Shown here: positions 25,443-37,300 of the stretch, in pieces
How positions within the stretch are numbered: the first letter of the stretch is position 1
Layout: every line of letters begins with the position of its first letter
DNA from: Mustelus asterias
Taxonomy: Eukaryota
Length of the DNA: 64,000 bases
Assembly: GCF_964213995.1 (NCBI RefSeq)
Contig: NC_135830.1
Location: forward strand, 6,262,001 to 6,326,000
Direction of reading: 5' to 3'
The notes under the pieces: generated by a model
Database searches by the model: none
What the model was told of the DNA's origin: nothing
What the model saw: the letters and a program-made list of their open reading frames with translations, nothing else
Program-made: the position numbers and the translations under genes

Positions 25443-26056
25443 CTGACGTCACAATGGAATGGGTGGGGGTGTGATGTCACAATGGAATGGGTGAGGGTGT
25501 GATGTCACAATGGAATGGGTGAGGGTGTGACGTCACAATGGAATGGGCGATAGTGTGACGTCAATGGAATGGGCGATAGTGTGACGTCACAATGGAATGG
25601 GCGATAGTGTGACGTCACAATGGAATGGGTGAGGGTGGGACGTCACAATGGAATGGGCGAGGGTGGGACGTCACAATGGAATGGGCGAGGGTGGGACGTC
25701 ACAATGGAATGGGCGAGAGTGGGACGTCACAATGGAATGGGCGAGGGTGGGACGTCACAATGGAATGGGCGAGGGTGGGACGTCACAATGGAATGGGCGA
25801 GGGTGGGACGTCACAATGGAATGGGCGAGGGTGGGACGTCACAATGGAATGGGCGAGGGTGGGACGTCACAATGGAATGGGTGAGGGTGGGACGTCACAA
25901 TGGAATGGGTGAGGGTGGGACGTCACAATGGAATGGGAGAGGGTGTGACGTCACAATGGAAATGGGAGAGGGTGTGACGTCACAATGGAAATGGGAGAGG
26001 GTGTGACGTCACAATGGAATGGGCGATAGTGTGACGTCACAATGGAATGGGTGAGA
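25443..26056. repeat. 28-bp minisatellite, about 22 copies
   Basis: Unit GACGTCACAATGGAATGGGYGAGGGTGK. Confidence 0.95.
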
Positions 26057-26104
26057 GTTCCAGATGAGCTGAGACTGGGCTGGAGTCGGGTGATGACACT
26101 GACA

Positions 26105-26410
26105 TGTGGCCCGGTGGCACAGTGGTTAGTGCAGCTGCCTAACAGGGCCAGGGACCCGGGTTCAATTCCAGCCTTGGGTCGCTGTCTGTGCAGAGTTTCT
26201 ACATTCTCCCCTTGTCTGTGTGGGTTTCCTCCGGGTGTTCCGGTTTCCTTCCACAGTCTAAAGATGTGCCGGTTAGACGGATTGGCCATGATAAATTGCC
26301 ACTTGGTATCAGAGGGATTAACAGGGTAAATACGTGGATAGGGCCTGGATGGGATTGTTGTCGGTGCAGGTTCGATGGGCTGAATGGCCTCCTTCTACCT
26401 GTATTTTATT
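26105..26410 (+). mobile_element. HE1 SINE
   Basis: Head GGTGGCACAGTGGTTAG...GGTTCAATTCC, V-domain, and GGGCTGAATGGCCTCCTTCT tail. Confidence 0.85.
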
Positions 26411-26828
26411 ATTCATTATTATTAATTAATTACTATTAATGCTTCTGTGAATGAAGGTGGTCTTGATGATGTGGACATGTGGCTGGAAGCTCATGTTGGG
26501 ATGAACTATTTCACCCTGGTTGTGAACAGCCTGGTTCAGCCCAGACAGTTGCCAGGTGGAGAGATAAAGTTGTTGGCGAGGGAGTGGAGTTTGTAGTGGG
26601 GACTGAACACAATGGGTTCAGTCTTCCCAGTATTTATATGAAATAAATTTCTGTTCTTTCAGTACTGGATGTCAGACAAGTCAGGGTGGTGTGTGAGTTG
26701 GAGAGGAACTTGGAGCTGATGATGTTCACAGGGTTTGGAAATTCTGTCAAAGTTCCTGTTGAGTTGTAGATGTATAAAATCTCTCTCCTCACCTCCGGCC
26801 TCTCCTACTTCTCTCTGTTTCCACTCAG

Positions 26829-27225
26829 GGTGGAGATGCCAGCATTGGACTGGGGTAAGCACAGTAAGAAGTCTCACAACACCAGGTTAAAATCCAACAG
26901 GTTAATTTGGTAGAATAAGCCACAGGCTTTCGGAGCGCTGCCCCTTCATCAGGTGAGTGAGAGTTCTGTTCACAAACAGGGCATATAAAGACACAAACTC
27001 AATTTACAAGATAAGATAATGGTTGCAATGTGAGTCTTTACAGGTAATTAAGTCTTAAACGTACTGACAATGTGAGTGGAGAGAGGGTTAAGCACAGGTT
27101 AAAGAGATGTGTATTGTCTCCAGCCAGGACAGTTAGTGAGATTTTGCAAGCCCAGGCAAGTCGTGGGGGTTACAGATAGTGTGACATGAACTCAAGATCC
27201 CGGTTGAGGCCGTCCTCATGTGTGA
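26829..27225 (-). mobile_element. Penelope 3' fragment with hammerhead motif (26921-26955)
   Basis: Reverse-complement homologue of 2010-2655. The motif reads CAC-CTGATGA-A-GGGGC(AGC)GCTCC-GAAA-GCCT-GTG. Confidence 0.85.
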
Positions 27226-27359
27226 TTGACAGATCCATGCTCACTGCTTCCTGCCCTGGACGCAGAGAGCTGAAAATTTCCATGCAGGCTGCCAGACAGA
27301 TAGATGTCCACATTACTGGAGTAAAAATGTGTGGAATATACAGACCAAATTCACTTCAT

Positions 27360-27953
27360 TCCCTACAGTTGCTGCAAGTCCCCAATTTCCCCCAGAATGA
27401 GAAAAGAAATGGAAAGGGGGAAACATTGATTTCCTCCCAGATGTTGTCCAGAGGAGGAAGTTTCACTCTGAAGCTCATTGGACAACATCTGCATTGTGAC
27501 GGCACAATGGAGTCCTGCCTGAATCAGCCAATAGGAATCACTCTGCTCCGCGGTGATGTCTCCGGGTTCCAGTCCGCAGGCCTGGGCGCGTGGACCCGGG
27601 AGCCCCGCCCCCACCCATTGTTCCCCTCCCCCTGCACCTCCTCGAGCCAAGATTTCCAGGCAACCGGCTGACGGCTCCGGACAGAGCGAGAAGCCGCTCG
27701 GTGATCTCCCCCTCCCCCCGGCCCGGGACTGTAAATGTGCGGGGGAAGGGAAGCTGCGCATGTGCGGGGGAGAGAGGAAGCTGTGCATGTGCAGGGGAGA
27801 GCCCACCCTCTGATCTTCATGCTGAGGTGTTGACCAATGGGAAGAGTTGGAGGACCGGAAGGACTCTGGTCCTCCAGCCAATCAGAGCGTGGGCTTTGTG
27901 TGAATGAAGATTGATCTTCAGACAGACTCAAACCTCCTCCTGTCTCAAACATC
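27360..27953. promoter_or_regulatory. Bidirectional ZNF promoter with two divergent exon-1 sequences; inverted paralogue of 56200-56760
   Basis: Shared GAGGTGTTGACCAATGGGAAGA..GGAGGACCGGAAGGAC.CTGGTCCTCCAGCCAATCAG block, CCAAT and GC boxes, TGCGCATG. Confidence 0.75.
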
Positions 27954-27960
27954 GGAGTTT

Positions 27961-28031
27961 GTTTCTGTAGTGAAGTGGCTTCACGTTCGCCTGAAACGCA
28001 GAAGTCCCCGGGTCAGAACCGGGCAGAAACT
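27961..28031 (+). pseudogene. tRNA-Val-derived pseudogene (anticodon position reads GAA)
   Basis: GTTTCTGTAGTGAAGTGGCTTCACGTTCGCCTGAAACGCAGAAGTCCCCGGGTCAGAACCGGGCAGAAAC aligns end to end with vertebrate tRNA-Val. The T-loop/B box is mutated. Confidence 0.8.
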
Positions 28032-28622
28032 TGGACTTGTTTCTCTGATACATCTGTGAGTAACACACTTTCTTTTTCCACCACAGTTTGTTCACAGGTT
28101 TTTGGCTTCCTGCAGGGAGGAAGGGAAGGGGGAAGGAAGGTGGGAGGTGAACGGTTGCCTGCCTGCCTGCCGCCTGGCCTGCCTGCCTCTGGAGGGTGTG
28201 CTCTCCCCGGAGGGAGGGAGGAAGAGAGGACGAGGAGTGACTGGAGAGGAGGGGGGGGCAAAGTCATTTCAGACTGTCTAATTTTTCCATCTGCAGTGGG
28301 GGGGGGGGGGGGGGGGGGCGGCGGGGGTGAAGATAACACAGACTTGAACTGTTTGCGCCCAACAGCGCCCCAAGACCCAAGTCCCCCACCCACTGCTGCT
28401 GACCCCAACACCGGCACCCCCTCCCCTCCTGACTGGGGCACCGGCCCCCCTCCGTGCCTTGTTGCTAGTCTTCCTCCTGCTCCTCTGACCTCCTCTCACT
28501 CCAGGGAGAGAGCACCTAGACCCCCATCCACCTACCCCACCCTCCCTTATTTTTCCCTCCTCTTATACACCCTGCCGTACATCTGGGCAGTCTCGGGGTG
28601 GGTGTAGCACTCCCTTGAAAGG

Positions 28623-29453
28623 ATGGCGACATCGCCAGCGTCGCCGGTGGCAGAGCCTTCTCGGCCCACCTATGCAGGCGTGGCGGCTGCCAGAGCCCCC
28701 GCCGCTCCCAAGGCCCTGCCGCCATTCTCTCTGATAACGAGACAGCTCGGGGTTAAGTGCTACGCCCACCCCGACATGTCTATCGAGGCCTGCGTCAAGG
28801 CAATGGCTGGGGTTGTCGGCCCCTCAGCCATTGTCGCGGCCTCAAAGATGTACGGCCGGGCCGTATTCTTTTTGAAGGCCGAGCAGGCGGTTCGCCTCGC
28901 CCTGGAGAGGGGGCTCACGGTGGGCGGGACGTTCCTGGCAGTGGACCCTTTGGAGGCCACCGCCCATAATATCATGATATCAAACGTCCCGCCCTTCCTA
29001 CCGAGTGAGCTCCTCCTCCCCCACCTCCATCTACTGGGGGAGGTCAGGTCCGGGGTGCAGCCGATCCCGCTCGGCCTTAGGGACCCCTCCCTGCGCCACA
29101 TATACTCCTTCCGGCGCCAGGTCTTTGTCCGCCTGGCCCGGGAGGAGGAACTGGAGGGAGGTTTCAGTATCCCCCATGAGGGGACCACGTATCGGGTCTT
29201 TTGGTCCGCGGACGGTGTGCGGTGCCATGCCTGTAAGGAGGCGGGGCACGTGCGGAAAAACTGCCCCGTCTCCAAGGCCGCCGACCGCCAACCCAAGGCA
29301 GCCGCAGCTGGCACCACAGCCCCCTCTCCCCCCAAACCAGTACCATCTGCCCCCCGCGAGGGGAGGCCACGCCGGCAGCAGCTGCCACCTCAGCTGCCGG
29401 CAGGGGGGGAGCGGAGCCTCCGCGTGGCCAAAAGGCCCAGAAGGGCGCAATAA
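28623..29453 (+). CDS. Tx1-type ORF1 (gag-like RNA-binding protein with CCHC knuckle); frameshifted low-complexity tail continues to ~30070
   Basis: VGPSAIVAASKM..AVFFL, ISNVPPFL, SFRRQVFV and CHACKEAGHVRKNC are typical Tx1 ORF1 motifs. Confidence 0.85.
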   Translation: MATSPASPVAEPSRPTYAGVAAARAPAAPKALPPFSLITRQLGVKCYAHPDMSIEACVKAMAGVVGPSAIVAASKMYGRAVFFLKAEQAVRLALERGLTVGGTFLAVDPLEATAHNIMISNVPPFLPSELLLPHLHLLGEVRSGVQPIPLGLRDPSLRHIYSFRRQVFVRLAREEELEGGFSIPHEGTTYRVFWSADGVRCHACKEAGHVRKNCPVSKAADRQPKAAAAGTTAPSPPKPVPSAPREGRPRRQQLPPQLPAGGERSLRVAKRPRRAQ

Positions 29454-30074
29454 AAAAGAAGGGGGGTACCGGGACCCCGGCCCCCAAGAAAGACACCCCA
29501 ACCACCCCGGCAGCCGGCTCGGGGACTGCCTCAGTCTCCACCTGCGCCCCCCCCCCCCCACCACCATCTGCCGGGCCCGTGGGCTCTCCGGGGCCAAGTG
29601 CTGGGTCCGGCGCTGCGGATGCCCAGGATCATGGGCCCGAGCATGGGGGGGGTTAGCGACCCCGAGCCGGCAAAACTGGCGACACCGCCACCTCGGGGGG
29701 ACGTGATGGGGGGTCAGGGGGGGTGCGGCAAGGCGAAGAGGGGCCTCACTTGCCCGAGAGCAGGTTAACAAAAAGAGGCGAGGCCCCTCGGGCACCGTAG
29801 AGTTCGAGGTCTGCGTGCCCCTCCCCCCTTGTGAGTCATCTCCTGCCGTGCCCCCACCTGTCTTTGTGCCTTGTCCCCAGAAAAAAGGGGGCAAGGCACC
29901 CTGTAAATCCAAGCATGTGCTGCCTCAGTCCCCCGGCGAGGAGTCTCCGGGGCCGGGTGGCAGCGGGGCCCCCACGGTTCCGTTCCACCCGGCCGGTTAC
30001 AACCCAGAGTTCTTCTTTAGCATGTCAGGGGACTGGGGCAACACCCCAATGTTCGTGTCCCTATCATCAGGTGG

Positions 30075-32235
30075 TCCACGGGAGGAGGCCAAGTGGGTGA
30101 CGGCCAGGAAGGGTAAAGCTCGGGTGATTGAGAGCACCCCGGTGGATGTGCCCCTACACAACAAGTACTCCTGCCTGAGTACTGTTGGGAGGGACAGCCC
30201 ACCTGGGGGAAGCAGCAGTGGCCGTGTCTCCGGGGTGGAGTCCGGCCCTGTAACTCAGAGGGCTAAAGAAAAGAGGGGAAGGCAGTATTAATCGGGGACT
30301 CGGCAGTCAGGGGGACGGACAGGCGATTTTGCGGAGGCAGGCGGGAGTCTCGCATGGTGGTCTGCCTCCCTGGGGCTGGGATTCAGGATGTCGCTGGGCG
30401 AGTCCCAGAAATCCTGAGGGGGGAGGGAGAGGAGCCGGAGGTAGCGGTACATATTGGTACCGCTGATGTGGGAAGGAAGGGGGAAGGGGTCATGAAAAAA
30501 GAGTATAGGGAATTAGGGAGACAGCTGAGGAGGAGGAAAGCAAAGGTAGTAATCTCAGGATTGCTGCCTGTGCCACGGGAAGGCGAGGACAGGAATGGAA
30601 TGAGGTGGAGGATGAATATGTGGCTGAGGGGCTGGTGCAGGGATTCAGGTTCCTGGACCATTGGGACCTCTTCAGGGGCAGGTGTGGCCTGCACACAAAA
30701 AATGGGTGGCACTTGAATCCCAGGGGAACCAATATCCTGGCAGGAAGGTTGGCTAAGGCTACTGGGGAGAGTTTAAACTCAATAGGTTGGGGGGAGGGGA
30801 TCAGAGTGAGGAAGTTAGCTCACAAACAGAGAAGGGTTATAGGCAGTGCAAGAGGATGGATGGACAGGGAATAGAGAAGGGGAGAGCTCAGACCAAAGGA
30901 TTGAGATGTGTTTACTTCAATGCCAGGAGTATAGTGAATAAAGGGGATGAGCTCAGAGAGTGGATCGATGCCTGGAAGTATGATGTGGTGGCCATTACGG
31001 AGACTTGGATGTCTCAGGGACAGGACTGAATACTCCAGGTGCCGGGATTCAGATGTTTCAGGAAGGACAGGGAGGGAGGCAAGAGAGGGGGTGGAGTGGC
31101 ACTGCTGATCAGGGATAGTGTCACAGCTTTAGAGAAGGTGTATGCTGTGGAGGGATTGTCCACCGAGTCTCTGTGGGTGGAGGTACAGAGTGCAAAGGGG
31201 CCGGTCACTTTGCTGGGAGTTTTCTATAGGCCGCCTAATAGTAACAGGGAGGTGGAGGAGCAGATAGGGTAACAGATCCTGGAGAGATGCAGTAATAGCA
31301 GAGTTGTTGTGATGGGAGACTTTAATTTCCCAAACATAGATTGGAATATCCCGAGGGTAAGGGGATTGGATGGGGAAGAGTTCATTAGGTGTTCAGGAGG
31401 GTTTCCTGACACAGCATGTGGACAAGCCTACTAGAGGAGAGGCTGTACTTGATCTGATACTGACCAATGAACCTGGACAGGTGTCAGATCTCTGTGGGAG
31501 AGCATCTTGGGGATAGCGATCATAACTCTATCTCCTTTAGGCTTGCATTAGAAAAAGAGGGGATCAGGCAAGCCAGGAAAGTGTTTATATGGAGTAAGGG
31601 GAAATATGAAGACATTAGACAGCAAATTAGAGGAGTAAATTGGAAGGAGGTATTCTCGGGGAAATGTACTGAAGAGAGGTGGCAGTTTTTCAAGGAATGT
31701 CTGTCTAGAGTTCTACAGAACAACGTTCCGAGCAGACAGGGAGGTGTTGGTCGGTTAAAGGAACCATGGTGCACGAAAGCTGTGCGGGACCTAGTCGAGA
31801 AGAAAAGGAAAGCGTACAAAAGACTCAGAGCTTGGCGAAGATAGGGATTTAGAAGAGTATACGACTTGTAGGAAGGGACTAAAGAAGGAAATTAGGAGAG
31901 CCAGAAGGGGTCACGAGAAGGCCCTGGCAGGTAGGATTAAGGAGAACCCTAAGGCGTTCTATAAATATGTGAAGAGTAAAAGGATGAGACGTGATGGAAT
32001 AGGGCCTATTAAAGGTGAAGGCGGGAAAATCTGTACAGAACCAGTAGAAATGGCAGAGGTGCTCAATGAGTATTTTGCCTCGGTTTTCAGAGAAGGACCT
32101 GGGTGGATGTACTGCGGGCTTGTGGTGGACTGAAAAGATTGAGTATGTGGGCTTTAAGAAAGAGGTTGTGCTGGAATCTTTGAATGGCATCAAGACAGAT
32201 AAGTCGCTGGGTCCGGATGGGATGTACCCCAGGTT
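30075..32235 (+). mobile_element. CR1 fragment: ORF1 esterase plus ORF2 endonuclease/linker, decayed
   Basis: VVCLPGA, VHIGT, VISGLLP (SGNH-like), then YFNARS, ITETW, GVFYRPP, GDFNFP. Confidence 0.9.
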
Positions 32236-32239
32236 CCTC

Positions 32240-34300
32240 GGCCTGGGGAGGTTTGTTGCTGGCTTTAAAAAGGGATTGCCTTGGAGGTTTCAGCCTCTGT
32301 TCCACAGAGAGAGCTGAGGGTAAGAGAGAGTGTTTTTTAGTGGAGATTTATTTATTTTTCAGTTAATTTTGTGCGTAAAATCGGAGGTTTTTTTTTTCAA
32401 AACCGGAAGTAGGCCTGGGGAGGTTTGTTGCTGGCTTTAAAAGGCAGGCAGCACTTACGAGCGGGCAGTGGAGCAAGTGAAGTAGAGTGGCAGCTGTCAG
32501 GGCTTTGGCTCACAGGGCTTGTGGGAAGCAGAGTGAGAGCTGTCAGGGCTTTGGCTCAGAGGGCTTAGGCGGTAAGGGCGAGGCAGGGCAAGTTATTTTT
32601 ATCCAAACCTATATAGGAAAAGGGTAACTATGAATGATAGGCCAGTTCTGTGCTTCCAGTGTGGGATGTGGGAGTTCCTGGAAACACCTAGCCTCCCGGG
32701 AGGACCACATTTGCGCCAGGTGCGTGGAACTGCAGCTCCTGAGGGACCGTGTCACAGAACTGGAGCTGCAGATTGCTGACCTTGGTCAAGTCAGGGAGAA
32801 TGAGAATAATTGACACGAGTTATAGGGAACTAGTTACACCGGGGCATCGGGAGGAAGACACGTGGGTCACAGTTAGGAGGAGTAAAGGTCAGAAGGGTAA
32901 TGTACCAGAGAGTATTCCAGTGGCTGTCTCTCATAATAGGAAGGGCTCGGCGACAGGTGTGAGAGGGGAGGGGAGTGAGCAATTAGTGGAGGGGTCACCT
33001 GTGGTTGTCCCACTCCAAAACAAGTATATTGTTTTGGATAGTGTGGAGGAGGATGACTCTCCAGGGGTAAGCCACAGTGACCAGGTCACTGGCACAGAGT
33101 CAGGCTCTGTGGCCCGGAAAGGAAAGAGAGGGGTTAGGAGACAAATAGTGGTGGGGGATGCGTCGGTTAGAGGCACGGACAGGCGATTCTGTGGGTGCAA
33201 ACGGGACTCCAGGATGGTAGTCTGCCTACCTGGTGCTGGGGTACTGGATGTCTCCAAGCGGATAGGAGGCATCTTAAAAAGCGGAAGATAAAGAAACGGA
33301 TGTCATTGTACACATTGGTGCAAATGACGTAGAAAGGAAGAGCAGGGGGATCCTACGAGAGCAATTCAGGGAGTTGGGAAATAGACTAAAAAGTAGGGCC
33401 TCCAGGGTGGCCATCTCTGGGCTGCTCCCAATGCCTCGTGCCAGTGAGGCTAAGAATAGGGAGTTAGTACAATTGAATGCTTGGCTAAAGGACTGGTCCA
33501 GGAGGGAGGGCTTCATTTTCCTAGTTCAATGGGAAGTTTTCAGGAGAGGATGGCACCTGTACAAGGAGGACGGGTCACAACTAAGTTGGAAGGGCACGAA
33601 TATCCTGGCTGGGAGTTTTGCTAGTGCAGTTCGGGGGGGTTTAAACTAGTATGGCAGGGGGGTGGGGATCAAAATATTAGGTCTACAAGTGTAGAGACTG
33701 GGGACGAGATTGGGGCTGGGACAAGGCTGGCAAAGAAGAAGTGCACTCTGGGGGAGGATGACCTCACTGGGCCTGGAGGTCTGGAGTGCTTATACTTCAA
33801 TGCAAGGAGCGTAGCAGGTAAGACAGACGAACTGAGGGCCTTAATGCTCACGAGGAATTTGGATGTGGTTGCAGTGACAGAGACTTGGTTGAAAGAGGGA
33901 CAGGACTGGCAGCTGAACATTCCAGGGTACAAGTGTTTTAGGTGAGACAGAGGAGGGGCCAAAAGAGGTGGGGGAGTAGCAGTATTAGTTGGAGAGCATA
34001 TTACAGCGGTGCAGAGGGAGGACAATTCAGAGGGGTTGTGTAACAAGTCACTCTGGGTGGAGCTTAGAAACAGGAAGGGTGCAGTCACTATGTTGGGAGT
34101 ATACTACAGGCCCCCCAACAGCCCAAGGGAAGTGGAAGAACGGATATGTCAGGAGATACTGGATAGGTGCAGGAAAAATAGGGTGGTTGTAGTGGGAGAC
34201 TTCAATTTCCCTGGTATAAACTGGAAATCGCTGAGAGCAGGGATTCTGAATGGGGAGGAATTTGTGAAATGCGTACAGGAGAGTTCTTTGGAACAATATG
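32240..34300 (+). mobile_element. CR1 5' half: 5' UTR, ORF1 and endonuclease start
   Basis: Highly similar to 34560-36370; frameshifted. Confidence 0.9.
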
Positions 34301-37300
34301 GCAGGGGGGTGGGGATCGACCTCTTTGTTTGACTGGAGTGAGACTGGGGGAGAGAGTCTTAGCAGGAGTGCTGAGAGTAAGCAAAGAAGTGATTTAATTA
34401 TTCATTTATGGGTATTCCTAGTATATTTTGCAGGCTTTTTTCAGGGTTTTGAATTGAGGAAGTGAGGTCAGCTGAAAGGGATTCTGGGAGGTTGAGTCTT
34501 AGTATAAAAGGCAGTTACCTGGGGGGTTCGCCGGGAGCATAAAAAGCCGGCTGCACTATACAGCGGGCAGCATCGGGAGCGGGCAGTGGAGTGAGTGGGT
34601 AGCAGAGTGTGAACTATAAGGGTTTTGGCTCACAGGGCTTAGGCTGAAAGGGCGAGGCAAGGCTAGTTATTTTTTACCCAACCCTATAAAGGATAAGGGC
34701 AGGTATGAGTGATCGGCCAGTTCAGTGCTTCCGATGTGGGATGTGGGAGTTCCTGCAAACACCTAGCTTCCCAGAGGTTCACATATGTGCCAGGTGCGTG
34801 GAACTGCAGCTCTTGAGGGACCGTGTCATGGAACTGGAGCTGCAGATCGCTGACCTTAGTCTAGTCAGGGAAAATGGGAGAAAAATTGACAGGAGTTATA
34901 GGCAACTAGTTACACCGGGGCATCGGGAGAATGACACGTGGGTCACAGTTAGGAGGAGTAAAGGACAGAAGGGTAAAGTACAAGGGAGGACTCCAGTGGT
35001 GGTCTCTCAAAATAGGAAGGGCTTGGTGACAGGTGTGAGAGGGGAGGGGAGTGAACAGTTAGAGGAGGGGTCACCTGTGGTTGTCCCACTCCAAAACAGG
35101 TACATTGTTTTAGATAGTGTGGAGGAGTGTGCCTCTCCAGGGGTAAGACACAGTGACCAGGTCACTGGCACACAGTCAGGCTCTGTGGCCCGGAAAGGGA
35201 AGAGAGGGGTTAGGAGAGCGATAGTGGTGGGGGATGCATCAGTTAGAGGCAGACAGGCGATTCTGTGGGGGCGAACGGGACTCCAGGATGGTAGTCTGCC
35301 TACCTGGTGCTGGGGTCACGGATGTCTCCGAGCGGATAGCAGGCATATTAAAAGGGGAAGATAAAGAAACAGATGTCATTATACACATTGGTGGAAATGA
35401 CGTAGATAGGAAGAGTCGGGGGGTCCTAAGAGAGCAATTCAGGGAGTTGGGAAATAGGTTAAAAAGTAGGGTCACTAGGGTGGCAATCTCTGGGCTGCTC
35501 CCAATGCCTCGTGCCAGTGAGGCGAAGAATAGGGAGTTGGTACAAATGAATGCCTGGCTAAAGGACTGGTCCAGGAGGGAGGGCTTCATTTTCCTAGATC
35601 AATGGGAGGTTTTCAGGAGAGGATGGCACCTGTACAAGAGGGAGGGGTCACAACTAAGTTGGAAGGGCACAAATATCCTGGCTGGGAGCTTTGCTAGTGC
35701 AGTTCGGGGGGGTTTAAACTAGTATGGCAGGGGGGTGGGGATCAAACTATTAGGTCTATAAGTGTGGAGGCTGGGGACGAGCTTGGGGCTGGGACAAGGC
35801 TGGCAAAGAAGAAGAGCACTCTGGGGGAGGACGACCTCACTGAGCCTGGAGGTCTGGAGTGCTTATACTTCAATGCAAGGAGCGTAGCAGGTAAGACAGA
35901 CGAACTTGGGGCCTTAATGCGCACGAGGAATTTGGATGTGGTTGCGGTGACAGAGACTTGGTTGAAAGAGGGACAGGACTGGCAGCTGAATATTCCAGGG
36001 TACAAGTGTTTTAGGCGAGACAGAGGAGGGGCCAAAAGAGGTGGGGGAGTAGCGGTATTAGTTGGAGAGCATATTACAGCGGTGCAGAGGGAGGACAATT
36101 CAGAGGGGTCGTGTAACGAGTCACTCTGGGTGGAGCTTAGAAACAGGAAAGGCGCAGTCACTATGTTGGGGGTGTACTACAGGCCCCCCAACAGCCCAAG
36201 GGAAGTGGAAGAATGGATATGTCAGGAGATACTGGATAGGTGCAGGAAAAATAGGGTTGTTGTAGTGGGAGACTTCAATTTCCCTGGTATAGACTGGAAA
36301 TCGCTGAGGGCAGGTACTCTGGATGGGGAGGAATTTGTAAAATGTGTACTGGAGGGTTCGTTGGAACAATATGTAGACAGCCCGACTAGAGAGGGGGCTA
36401 TACTGGACCTGGTACTGGGGAATGAGCCCGGTCAGGTCTTCAAAGTTTTGGTAGGGGAACATGTGACAAATAGGGACCACAATTCTGTTAGCTTTAGGAT
36501 AGTGATGGAAAAGGATGAGTGGTGTCCCAAGGGTAAGGTGTTGGATTGGAGGAAGGCTAACTTTAGTGGGATTATGCAGAAATTGGCAGCTGTTGATTGG
36601 GAGAGGCTGTTTGAGGATAAATCCACATCTGGCATGTGGGAGTCTTTTAAGGAACAGTTGTTAGGGCCACAGGACAGGCATGTGCCTGTAAAAAAGGATT
36701 GGATTCGAGAACTGTGGATAACCAGGGAAATTGAGGGACTGGTCAAAAAGAAAAAGAGGCGCATGTTAGATCCAGGCAGCTAAAAACAGAGGGAGCTCTG
36801 GAGGAATACAAAGAAAATAGGAAAGAACTCAAACGGGGAATTAGAAGGGCAAAAAGGGGTCACGAAATGTCCTTGGCAGACAGGATTAAGGAGAATCCAA
36901 AGGCATTTTATTCATACGTTAGGAACAAAAGGGTTGTCAGGGGGAAAAAAAAAAATCAGACCTCAGGGACAAAAGTGGGGAATTATGCTTGGAGCCCAAA
37001 GAAGTAGGGGAGATCCTAAATGAATACTTTGCGTCGGTATTCACAATGGAGAGGGATGTGTTGACTGGGAGTGTCTCAGAGGGGAGTGTTGAACCGTTGG
37101 AGAAAATCTCCATTACAAGGGAGGAAGTGTTAGGTTTGTTAGAGAATATAAAGACTGACAAATCCCCAGGGCCTGATGGAATCTATCCAAGGCTGCTCAG
37201 GGAGACGAGAGATGAAATCGCTGGGCCTCTGACGCAAATCTTTGTCTCGTCACTGGGCACAGGCGAGGTCCCAGAGGATTGGAGGATAGCTAATGTGGTC

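Noticed and set aside
25443-26056. CRISPR-like array
   Set aside because: The units are contiguous with no unique spacers and no cas genes, in a eukaryotic context.
27961-28031. Functional tRNA-Phe(GAA) produced by anticodon switch
   Set aside because: The B box/T loop is mutated (GGGTCAGAA), the anticodon stem is mismatched and the D loop is altered, so it is treated as a pseudogene.
28760-29912. Antisense ORFs of 125-293 aa
   Set aside because: They are GC-rich shadows of Tx1 ORF1.
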